NCBI GenBank assembly: GCA_041662625.1
Contig: JBAZSB010000001.1
Coordinates: 246,467-310,466 of the forward strand
Source: Patescibacteria group bacterium
GTDB lineage: Bacteria; Patescibacteriota; Patescibacteriia; Buchananbacterales; UBA6539
DNA: 64,000 nt
Direction of reading: 5' to 3'
The notes beneath the pieces were generated by a model that was not told where the DNA came from, ran no database searches, and worked only from the letters and a program-made list of their open reading frames with translations. Made by a program: the position numbers and the translations under genes. Below are positions 1 to 9,070 of this stretch, one piece after another (the stretch's first letter is position 1; each line of letters begins with the position of its first letter).

Positions 1-1222
1 ACTGATCATCATCACCGGATAAAGGCGGTGACGATTTCTTTTTAAAGCCGGAAAAAAGAACCAGAGCTATAACTAAAGTAAAAATTAACCAGACAGTTAG
101 CCAACATTGGGGATAACCCAAAATAGTCGGTCCCAAAACTAAAATTAAGGTAATCCACCATAAATTTTTAGCCAAAGGATTCTTAGTCCTTTTGCCCCGT
201 GACCAGATGGCGATAATCATTAATAAATTTAAAACCAAAAGCAGCCAGATATAGATGAGGCAATTTTTTGAAAGGAAAGACAATTGATCAGTGGAGGTTG
301 TTTCATTCAATGGTTTATTTTGTAATTCTTCTTGTAATTCCCCTAATTCCCCCGCGGCTACTTTGCCAGTTGTTCCGGTTTTCCATTCCGGGCTAGAGAT
401 TGATGAAATTTTTCCTTCAAATTCATCCCCTGCCATTGGACCACCCGTACCGTCGGTTAAAGAGGTGGTAGTAAAACTTAATTCCGAACTGAAAATCCGA
501 GGAGCACCTCGCCATTGTTTTGGATCAGCCAGGGCAATAATCCGAAAGTAATAAGTAGTTTCCGGCTCCAGATTAGTCAGGGTAAGGGTGTGGTAAGTCT
601 TTAGCCCAAAATCTAGTGGCGTAGAACTAGCATAACCAAAATTAATATCGTAAGCGATTAATTTAAGACCCAAAATTGAGGTTTGGTCAAAAACGATTTG
701 GCTTGTAGCCAGGTAATTAGTAAACCAAGTAACTTTGACTGCGGTCGGAGAAATAGTTTCAATTGAATAATTGGAAATATTCATCATTGGGCCCATTCCC
801 CTCTCTTCACGAATTACTTGGTAATTAGCAAAATTAATGATTGCTTTTTCTTCAGCTGATAAACTAACGAAACTGCTGCTGCCGTTTATTGCCGCCCAAG
901 AATTTGGTACCTCAACTTTTACTTGATAATCATCGGGGACAAGATTAGTAAAATCATATTCACCTGCACTATTAGTCAATTGGGTTTTAATTAATTTTTC
1001 TTTTTGGTACAGAGAAACCCGCCAATCAGCTAGCTTTGTTTCATAAAGATCCAAATTGTTATTAAAATTTAGATCTTCAAAAACAAGCCCAGAAACCGCA
1101 CCGGCGGTCTGGGCTTGTAGAGGTTGGACACAAAGTAAAGAAAAGCTAATCAAGAGGAAAGGTAGTCCAACTTGAAGTATTATTATTAACTTTTTAGAGT
1201 AGCTATTAATTGGCCAGTTCAT
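1..1222 (-). CDS. Secreted surface protein (SdrD-B-like + Fn3-like + 3-TM C-terminal anchor); 3' end runs off the window
   Basis: Not in the ORF track because it is truncated. Manual translation from ATG 1222: signal peptide (..LLCVQPLQA), GLVFEDLNFNNNLD..TNSAGEYDFTNL (SdrD-B-like), VTWFTNYLATSQIVF..TLTNLEPETTYYFR (Fn3-like), NCLIYIWLLL..GYPQCWLTVWL; frame stays open to base 2. Confidence 0.85.
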   Translation of the reverse strand, partial: MNWPINSYSKKLIIILQVGLPFLLISFSLLCVQPLQAQTAGAVSGLVFEDLNFNNNLDLYETKLADWRVSLYQKEKLIKTQLTNSAGEYDFTNLVPDDYQVKVEVPNSWAAINGSSSFVSLSAEEKAIINFANYQVIREERGMGPMMNISNYSIETISPTAVKVTWFTNYLATSQIVFDQTSILGLKLIAYDINFGYASSTPLDFGLKTYHTLTLTNLEPETTYYFRIIALADPKQWRGAPRIFSSELSFTTTSLTDGTGGPMAGDEFEGKISSISSPEWKTGTTGKVAAGELGELQEELQNKPLNETTSTDQLSFLSKNCLIYIWLLLVLNLLMIIAIWSRGKRTKNPLAKNLWWITLILVLGPTILGYPQCWLTVWLIFTLVIALVLFSGFKKKSSPPLSGDDDQ

Positions 1223-1260
1223 TGTCAGTATAAGGCTTCTCCCTCGCAACCAATAGAAGA

Positions 1261-4200
1261 TTATTTTTTACCAGAAAGAGTATTTGGGCTGACCAGTAAA
1301 ACGATTAAGTAGATAACCGCCAAAACTAGAATGACTGCTAGCCAGGTAATCAACCAGCATTGAGGATACCAGATTATTACGGAAACAATAGCAATTAGCG
1401 CCGGAACTAACCCGGAGTATTTGACTGATTTAGTACCATTTTTGCCCTTGAAGGCAATGATTGCTGAGGCAATTAAATCCAGAATAAGTAAGAGCCAGAT
1501 ATAATTACTGCAGTTTTGCGTTGTAGCCGCTGGGGGTGTGGTTTCATCAGTAGTTTCGCCCAGTACGGTCCCTTCTTCAGCTGGCTGTTCAGCTGGCGGA
1601 GTGGGTGGAGTTTCTGTGTCGGTTGGAGTTGTTTCTTCTTGATATTCAACTCCAGCAACATTACCACTTGGATTAGCAGGCGTTCCTTCAGCTGGTGGAG
1701 GAGGAGTTGTCTCTTCGGTTGGTGGGACTTCTTCTGTTGGCGGAATTGCCGGTGGCACTTCCTCTAAAGTGAAGGTTAATTCATCGCCATAGACTTCAGG
1801 CGAAGCGGCTGAAAGTGGCCGGAAATAATAGACTGTAGCTGGTAATAAACCGGTAATTGTAACTGAATGATTGAGAACTTTGGGATCAGTATCAGTTGTG
1901 GCAGTTGACCAGGCATAGCCATAATTTGGTGCATAGCCAATAGCGGGATGGGAAACTAAATCATAGATTACCCGACTGGTAGCTTCGCGGTTAGTCATCC
2001 AAGTTACGGTTACTGAGCCAACTTCAGCTCCTCTGGTTAATCTAATGGTATGAATAAGCAAGCTATAAGGAGTACTACCGCCACCGCCACCTCCGCCACC
2101 GCCGCTGCCACCGCAAGCACCACAGTCGGCAGGACAGGCAGAGCAGGTTTCATTGCCGTTGCAAGAGCCATCTTCACAATATGGTTCGGTTTGATTGCAG
2201 CCTTCGTCAATGTTACTGTCGCAATCATTATCAATGCCGTCGCCACAAACTTCAGTAGCGCCCGGGTTTATACCTCTATCAGAGTCATTGCAGTCGTTAC
2301 CGTTCGGGCAGTAAGCTTCATTATAGACGGAATAAGTATCTTCATCAGCATCAACACATTGGATATCATGGCATTCATTGTTTTCACAATATTGACCCGT
2401 GCTGCAATCCTCATCAGTATTACATTCCGGACCAATCGATTCAGTACATAAGCTGATAGTATAAATGTCACCACCACCCTGGCCAGCACCATCGTCCCGG
2501 ATATCGATCTTATAAGAGCCATCCCAATTAACTGTTCCCCGACCAGCTAATTTAGTGAATGAATCAAGCTGATTGATAGCAACCGTAAGAGAACTTTGGC
2601 CATTAATTAAATAATTTGAATCCTGTAATAAGCTGATTGGATAAGAAACGCCATCAATTTTTATAATATCCCACCAATCTTGCGAACAATTATCATGAGA
2701 GCCGATTGGACTATAGGTTCCGTGACTTAATGATAACTGCCCGCCAGTTACTGTTAGCCAATCGCTACCATCAACGCAGGCTTGGAATTCAATGCAATTG
2801 CCTGTCTGGTTTTGGACTAACACGCAAGCGGATGTGCAAGAATAATTTTCATTTGGTACTCCATCTTGTCCATCGCACTCTTCATTGCCATTATCTTGCG
2901 GTCCGCCGGTGCCAACACCATTGGGTGTTTGCTTAATGCCATCACCGCAGAAAGTTTGGTAATTAAAGAAGTTTATTCCACCAATTCCTTGGCCATCAGC
3001 CAAAGTGACATCCTGAGATAACGGGGTGGTATTAAGCCAGCCAGTAACTAATTCTTCATAAATCGTCCAGATACCGGCAGTCAAGGCATTAAAGCAATAT
3101 AACCCGCTATCGTTAGTTTGAGTCGAGCTTAAGGTGGTATCTTTAGACGCCCAAATTGTCCAGGCTGGGATGACTACATCATTATTATTAAATATTCCAT
3201 CTCGATCATAATCATTATATTTATAACCGCAGATACTATTGGGTTCAATATCCCCTAGCCAATCATTGCCGAAATTAACATAAACGGTTTGTTCTGGAAC
3301 AGCGGTTACATCCTGAAATAAATCAGTGATATTCTTCCAACCCGGCTGCATCTCTTCCTGAACTCGGTAATTACCTGGCGTGACATCTTCAAAGCAGTAA
3401 TTTCCACCTTCGTCAGTTACCCGGTAGTCAATAATGGTTTGGTCGGTAGCGCAATGTAAAGCTTGGACACCGTCGACATCAAAACCATCAGTCTCGGCTC
3501 CGAATATTGTGGCAAACTTATTGGAAGTGTCAGTTAACTTTAAGTATTTAGCCCAAGCCAGACTACCTAAATCAAAAGTGCTGTCTTGGCAACCTTCACC
3601 AGCTAGTTCAACCCAGCTACTACCGTCTTGAGAAGCGGAAACTTTGACTTTTTCCGGATAGCTGGCGCAGCTGGGACTGCCATATGAAGTTTCAACTACA
3701 TCAATGTCATCCCCTGCTTCATTAAGAATTAAATTATCAAAGCTTAAAACCAGTTCACCGCCAAAGCCCAAAGCAACAAATTCAACCGGATCGCTATTGG
3801 AATATTGAGCCGCTCCTAATGCTTTAGAAGGATCGGTTCGTTCAGTGATAATTGGTGTACCATTTTTTCGTGTGCCGGGATTATAGCTAACCACGCCATC
3901 GGCCCATTGTTCACCTTCAGTACAGAAAGAAAACTCGATTAAATTTATAGTCCAATTTGCCAATCCGGGTTCTTCATCACGCTGTCCGTTTTCATTCTGG
4001 TCATGCCATTTATAACCGCAAATTGAGCTTTCGCAATCCTCGTCAACATATCCGTCGCAATCATTGTCAAGCTCGTCGCCACAAAATTCTTTTTCGCCTT
4101 CAGTTGGCACGGCGGAACAAACTGCCGGACCAGCTGGATCTTGCGGGTCGCAAGCGTAAGTACCACTTTGTTGGCAAATGCCTTGGCCGGCAATACATTC

Positions 4201-7200
4201 ACTGCCGACGTTCCAGCCTTCATCAATTAAGTCATCACAGTCATTATCAACGCCATCGCAGACTTCAGTGGTACACTCCGGCGGAGTGGGAATACAGCGG
4301 ACGCTGACATTATCTAAAAATGTGCCTAAAGAATTAGAAGTACCGCCGTCAGCAAATTCCAGCAAAGTTGTATAGCCACTGGCGGTTAAATTATATTGAT
4401 AAGGTGACCAGTTCAGACTACTGCCGCCAGCACCGGTAAGCGTAGAAACTAGGTTACCATCCCAGTTAAAATTCAAGACGTTATCACTGCTGCCAGTATT
4501 TGGTCGCGGTGAAAAATTGAAACTGACTAAATAGTTATAACCGGGCCAAGTGTTTAATTCCTGAGAAATTTTCACTGAAGCCGGTTCGCCATCGCCAGAA
4601 CCATTAGGGCCGGCCCAATCGCCGTCTAATTCAACATATTGGCTGCCATCAGGAATCAAACCGGAGAATAAACCTGATCGATGTAATTCTAAAGTCGCTT
4701 CAGTTGGTCTGGTCTGGCCTGGATAAGAATCAGAAGAAACCCAATCGGTAATCCAACTGGTTAAAGATGGAAGAAATATATCCCATTTGTTGGGGTTAGT
4801 AACAATTGGGTTTTCAAAACTACGGTTAAGCACTAACTCAACATCCGGATCACAGGTTGGCGGTAAGCCACATTCGGGCGAACATTCAAACGAACCGTTT
4901 GGCCCGTCATCGCAGTCTTCATCGCCTTCTTTAATATAATTGCCGCATTCTGGGCATTCTTCGGAATAAGGAGATATGGCCACACCTTCGCTTGTAAAAT
5001 TAAAGGAGAAATGAGATTGGACTGTATGGCGTTCGGCAAAAAAGATGTCCACTACATTATGGCCAGTCAAATGTAAACTGCCGGTTTTAGTGGTTGGGGC
5101 ATGAATGCCGCCATTATCAACGACTAAAACGCCGTCTAGATAAACCCAGGCATCATCATCGGAAGTCAGAGTATAATTATAATCTCCTTCAGTCTCAACT
5201 GAAACTAAGCCGCTCCAGTGAGCACCGAAATGATATTCATGGCCATTATCGATTTCTTCGACTGCTATATCAAAAGGAAAGAAATTTTCACCAAAAGTTA
5301 TAGCATTATCAATTCTTGTAAATTTTAAATATTGTGAATCATACCAATCATCGGTATCCCAGCTACCCAGCGGATCGCCATGACCGTCATCCGGCCATTC
5401 ATTGCCAGGCAAGTTCATATCCTGGTGATCTCTTGAATAATTATAATATTGGCCATACCAGCCGCTGCCTTCAGTTAGCTCTTCACAAGTTAATTGTTCA
5501 AGGCTGCAACTGGCAGAACAACCATCACCATCAGCAATATTGCCATCATCGCAAGTTTCATCACCTTCAATTTCATTATTACTGCAAACTGGTCCGGTTG
5601 GCTGACAGGTCGGATCGTTAGCACAATCTGAATCAGCACAATCAACAAAAGTATCGCCGTCATTATCTATGGTATCAGTACAATTTTGTTCTGGTTCAAT
5701 GGTGCAATTTTCGGAACAGCCGTCGCCGTTAACAGTATTGCCGTCATCGCAGGCTTCATTGCCTTCAAGGGCATCATTACCGCAAACGCTTGGAGTCGGA
5801 CCAGTACAATCAGAATTACAATGGCCATAGACGCCGTTATATTGACTGCCATCATCACAGATTTCCCGACCATTAACTGCCCCATCACCGCAACTTTGCG
5901 TTGTTATACAACTTCCCCACTGACATTCATTGCAGGCTTTACTGCCATTATAACCAGTTTCGGTAAGACATTCATCTGGGGTTTGTTGGTCACAATTTTC
6001 TGATTGTTGATTAACAATATTATCACCGCAATATGGTACATATTCTAAAGTACAGCTTTGGGTACAAATATAATGCGGGGGTACGCCATCAAGGGTATCG
6101 CATTCTTCATCGCCGTTTTTGGTTCCATCGTTACAGCCTTCCTGGGCAACACAATTGCTCCAGTCCAGACAATCTGATTGGCAGGTTTTCTGACCGGCGT
6201 AAGCACCAACAGAACAAGTGTCAGTTTGGCCAACTTCGCAAACTTCACTGTAACCTGGGTAACCCTGATCTAAAATATTATTATTACAAATTGGTAAATA
6301 GTTACCAAAATCTTTATTGGTTAAATTCTGGCCTTCGCTCAGGGTAACACTGTATGATCCGCTTACCGGATAGGTTTGTTGGTAAGGCTGACTGCTCGGT
6401 TCAGCTCCTTCAGAGACAGTATAATTGCCCGGCAATAAACCAGAGAACTGATAACAACCATTACTGTCAGTCACTTGGTTATCCGAGGTATCGCCGCTTA
6501 AAACAATTGGCCAACCAACTAAGGTGCTGTCGCCGGTAATGCTGCTGTCTTTGGCTACATCAGAATATTTACAGCCAGAGATTGAACCATACTGACAGAT
6601 CTCTTCAGAGATTGAATTGTAAATACTTTCTAGATCAGTTTGACTGGGGGCAAAATAATAACTGCCACCAGTAGCGTTAGCAATATATTGCAGCATGGTG
6701 GTGTTAACATCGCTGCCTAAACCAATGGTAAATATTTTGTAACCTAAACCGGCGGCTTCGTCAGCTTTGGCTTTGGCGTAATTAACATCAGCTTGATTTT
6801 CACCGGAGCCACTGCCATAAGGTTTATTGGCTTTGCCGTCAGTCAAAAGAATTGCAACCTTAACCGCTTGCGGATTAGCCCGAACTGAACCTAGCTCATC
6901 GTTAGACAAATCAATACCGTCACCAATATTGGTTGCACCATTAGCCGCTAAAGCATCAACGGCGATTTGTGTTGCCGGATGATCAGTTGATAAACCTTTA
7001 TCCAAATTTGCTGTGGTAGCAAAAGAAACTAAACCAGACTGGTCGTTGAGTCCCAGCAAACTTAGAAAGGTATCGGCAGCGCTTTTAGCGGCGGCTAATT
7101 TATTTGGCGTAGGTGGTACTGCTGGCGTGTAATTATGAGGACAGCTAGCTACACCTTGATTGTTACATTCAGTCTGAGTTAATCCATTTTTGGTGTGTTT

Positions 7201-7479
7201 ATTCCAGCAACCCCATAAATCACTTTTATTTTTATAATATTCACATTTACTTTGGCTACCCGAACTACCACCTTCGTCCATACTGCCTGACCGGTCAATA
7301 ATCAATACAACGTCAAGGTCAGCATCGCACATGCTTGGCGGCAACGGCGTAGCGGAAACTGCTGTTGGTATAAAGGCGGCACCATTAACCGACCAGAGAA
7401 TGGTAACCAAAGAAACAAAAATAGAAAACATTTTGTGTTTTCTAGGCTTTGAATAAGTGGGTTTTCCCATAGTTTGCAT
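1261..7479 (-). CDS. Giant 2072-aa multidomain adhesin: VWA, SdrD-B-like x3, Myxococcus-type Cys repeats, PA14/fibro-slime, DUF642-like, MopE-type repeats, Fn3, 3-TM anchor
   Basis: Signal peptide; MIDAS DRSGS..TNIG..LTDG; CGNDALEGNEACDDGNTVNGDGCS repeats; SDDDAWVYLDG..DNGGIH..FFAERHT; EVCDGVDNDCDDLIDEG; C-terminal hydrophobic helices. Confidence 0.85.
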   Translation of the reverse strand: MQTMGKPTYSKPRKHKMFSIFVSLVTILWSVNGAAFIPTAVSATPLPPSMCDADLDVVLIIDRSGSMDEGGSSGSQSKCEYYKNKSDLWGCWNKHTKNGLTQTECNNQGVASCPHNYTPAVPPTPNKLAAAKSAADTFLSLLGLNDQSGLVSFATTANLDKGLSTDHPATQIAVDALAANGATNIGDGIDLSNDELGSVRANPQAVKVAILLTDGKANKPYGSGSGENQADVNYAKAKADEAAGLGYKIFTIGLGSDVNTTMLQYIANATGGSYYFAPSQTDLESIYNSISEEICQYGSISGCKYSDVAKDSSITGDSTLVGWPIVLSGDTSDNQVTDSNGCYQFSGLLPGNYTVSEGAEPSSQPYQQTYPVSGSYSVTLSEGQNLTNKDFGNYLPICNNNILDQGYPGYSEVCEVGQTDTCSVGAYAGQKTCQSDCLDWSNCVAQEGCNDGTKNGDEECDTLDGVPPHYICTQSCTLEYVPYCGDNIVNQQSENCDQQTPDECLTETGYNGSKACNECQWGSCITTQSCGDGAVNGREICDDGSQYNGVYGHCNSDCTGPTPSVCGNDALEGNEACDDGNTVNGDGCSENCTIEPEQNCTDTIDNDGDTFVDCADSDCANDPTCQPTGPVCSNNEIEGDETCDDGNIADGDGCSASCSLEQLTCEELTEGSGWYGQYYNYSRDHQDMNLPGNEWPDDGHGDPLGSWDTDDWYDSQYLKFTRIDNAITFGENFFPFDIAVEEIDNGHEYHFGAHWSGLVSVETEGDYNYTLTSDDDAWVYLDGVLVVDNGGIHAPTTKTGSLHLTGHNVVDIFFAERHTVQSHFSFNFTSEGVAISPYSEECPECGNYIKEGDEDCDDGPNGSFECSPECGLPPTCDPDVELVLNRSFENPIVTNPNKWDIFLPSLTSWITDWVSSDSYPGQTRPTEATLELHRSGLFSGLIPDGSQYVELDGDWAGPNGSGDGEPASVKISQELNTWPGYNYLVSFNFSPRPNTGSSDNVLNFNWDGNLVSTLTGAGGSSLNWSPYQYNLTASGYTTLLEFADGGTSNSLGTFLDNVSVRCIPTPPECTTEVCDGVDNDCDDLIDEGWNVGSECIAGQGICQQSGTYACDPQDPAGPAVCSAVPTEGEKEFCGDELDNDCDGYVDEDCESSICGYKWHDQNENGQRDEEPGLANWTINLIEFSFCTEGEQWADGVVSYNPGTRKNGTPIITERTDPSKALGAAQYSNSDPVEFVALGFGGELVLSFDNLILNEAGDDIDVVETSYGSPSCASYPEKVKVSASQDGSSWVELAGEGCQDSTFDLGSLAWAKYLKLTDTSNKFATIFGAETDGFDVDGVQALHCATDQTIIDYRVTDEGGNYCFEDVTPGNYRVQEEMQPGWKNITDLFQDVTAVPEQTVYVNFGNDWLGDIEPNSICGYKYNDYDRDGIFNNNDVVIPAWTIWASKDTTLSSTQTNDSGLYCFNALTAGIWTIYEELVTGWLNTTPLSQDVTLADGQGIGGINFFNYQTFCGDGIKQTPNGVGTGGPQDNGNEECDGQDGVPNENYSCTSACVLVQNQTGNCIEFQACVDGSDWLTVTGGQLSLSHGTYSPIGSHDNCSQDWWDIIKIDGVSYPISLLQDSNYLINGQSSLTVAINQLDSFTKLAGRGTVNWDGSYKIDIRDDGAGQGGGDIYTISLCTESIGPECNTDEDCSTGQYCENNECHDIQCVDADEDTYSVYNEAYCPNGNDCNDSDRGINPGATEVCGDGIDNDCDSNIDEGCNQTEPYCEDGSCNGNETCSACPADCGACGGSGGGGGGGGGSTPYSLLIHTIRLTRGAEVGSVTVTWMTNREATSRVIYDLVSHPAIGYAPNYGYAWSTATTDTDPKVLNHSVTITGLLPATVYYFRPLSAASPEVYGDELTFTLEEVPPAIPPTEEVPPTEETTPPPPAEGTPANPSGNVAGVEYQEETTPTDTETPPTPPAEQPAEEGTVLGETTDETTPPAATTQNCSNYIWLLLILDLIASAIIAFKGKNGTKSVKYSGLVPALIAIVSVIIWYPQCWLITWLAVILVLAVIYLIVLLVSPNTLSGKK

Positions 7480-7709
7480 AGGTTTTTGAGATAATTTAGG
7501 TAAAATTAGTAAAAATATATAATAAATAGCTTGTTTCTCTTTCTACCATATTTACTCATAATTTGTCAATAGAGAGTATTTTTATAGCTAAAAACTGATT
7601 AATTTGAAACAAAATTTGAAAAATTAGTTTTTAACCTGAAAAACCATTTCTCAAAAATGGCTTAAAAATAATAATGATGAATAATAGCCAAAGCTAGTAA
7701 TAATTAAAA

Positions 7710-9059
7710 TTATTTTTTACCCAAAAGAGTATTGGGGCTAGTAAAAAGAATAATTAAATAGACAACCGCTAGGACTAAAACTATTGCTAACCAAGTAACC
7801 AGCCAGCATTGAGGATACCAGATTATTACTGAAACAATAGCAATTAGCGCCGGAACTAACCCAGAGTATTTGACTAGCTTATTACCATTTTTACCTTTAA
7901 GGGCAATAATTGCCGCTGTCACTAAATTCAGAACAAGTAAAAGCCAGATGTAATTAATGCAATTTTTTGGCGTAGCGGCTGGCTCTTCTTCGGTAGTTTC
8001 GGCAAGAACTTTCCCTTCTTCTTCAGTCGGCTGCTCCTTTCCGGTAACTACTGTGGAAGTCGGCGTTATTTCTTCTTGAAAGCCAACCCCAGCTACTGTA
8101 CCAGCCGGATTGGTTGGCGCAGTTGGGTTGCCAGATATTGGCGGAGTTTCAGCCGGCGGCAGGGTTTCTTCTGCCGGTGGAACTGGTAATCCAGCTGATT
8201 CGCCTGTAGTTTTGAAAGTTAAACTGCGGCTGACCGTATCAGGCGAAGCGTGGGAAATTACGCGATAATAATAAGTTGTGCCGGGCGTTAAGCCGGTCAA
8301 AGTCACGGAATGAAAAGTAACTTTGGTTAAATCATCAATCGTTGAATGGGCATAACCGTAATTCGGTGGACTGCTGAAATCAAAAGTGTGCGCTTCATTT
8401 TCCGCGCCCCAAATCACCCGGCTGGTAGATAAATAATTAGTCTGCCAAGTGAGTGTCGCCGTAACAGTCATAACATTAATTTCCGCTTCATTGAAAATCG
8501 TCAGACCGGCTGGCACACTGCCACCACCACCGCTACCGCCACCAGCTCCTCCACCGCCGCCTTGGCCGGGCGGAGTAACGGGTGTCTGCTCGCCTTGAAA
8601 ACCGACTAAGATATCGAAATTATTCAAAATTTTATTTTTGTAATCATTGCCGGCGCTGGAATTAAAAGTCACTATTAAATCATAAGTTGTACTCGCGTTG
8701 TTTGCCAAATTGGATAAAAATGTCTCGCCTTGATTGAAAAATTCAGTTAAACTTTTATTTAGAATCGTTTGGCTCCCCTCTTTTATTTCTAAATTTAAAG
8801 CATTGCCAAAATGATTTGGGTCATTGACATTAATCGCTTCAATAGCCAAGGGCTTTGATACGCCGCTTTTGTTTTTAATTTCAATGTGAGCGGTTACTGC
8901 TTGGCCGGGCAAAAAATTCACCGCGCCAAAAAGCGGATTGGGATTAAAGATGACAACTATATTACTTTCGGTCGCTAAAACTGGGCCGGCAAACATAAAT
9001 CCGGCTATCAGGGCAATAGCGGTAATTCCGATAAATTCTAATTTTTTTATTCTAAGCAT
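7710..9059 (-). CDS. Membrane-anchored protein: TasA-like N-domain without donor strand + Gly linker + Fn3 + Pro/Thr/Glu stalk + 3-TM anchor
   Basis: Ordinary signal peptide (..GPVLA); LFGAVNFLPG..IEIKN..AGNDYKN resembles the TasA/CalY core; C-terminus nearly identical to that of 1261..7479. Confidence 0.7.
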   Translation of the reverse strand: MLRIKKLEFIGITAIALIAGFMFAGPVLATESNIVVIFNPNPLFGAVNFLPGQAVTAHIEIKNKSGVSKPLAIEAINVNDPNHFGNALNLEIKEGSQTILNKSLTEFFNQGETFLSNLANNASTTYDLIVTFNSSAGNDYKNKILNNFDILVGFQGEQTPVTPPGQGGGGGAGGGSGGGGSVPAGLTIFNEAEINVMTVTATLTWQTNYLSTSRVIWGAENEAHTFDFSSPPNYGYAHSTIDDLTKVTFHSVTLTGLTPGTTYYYRVISHASPDTVSRSLTFKTTGESAGLPVPPAEETLPPAETPPISGNPTAPTNPAGTVAGVGFQEEITPTSTVVTGKEQPTEEEGKVLAETTEEEPAATPKNCINYIWLLLVLNLVTAAIIALKGKNGNKLVKYSGLVPALIAIVSVIIWYPQCWLVTWLAIVLVLAVVYLIILFTSPNTLLGKK

Positions 9060-9070
9060 ATTGATTATTT

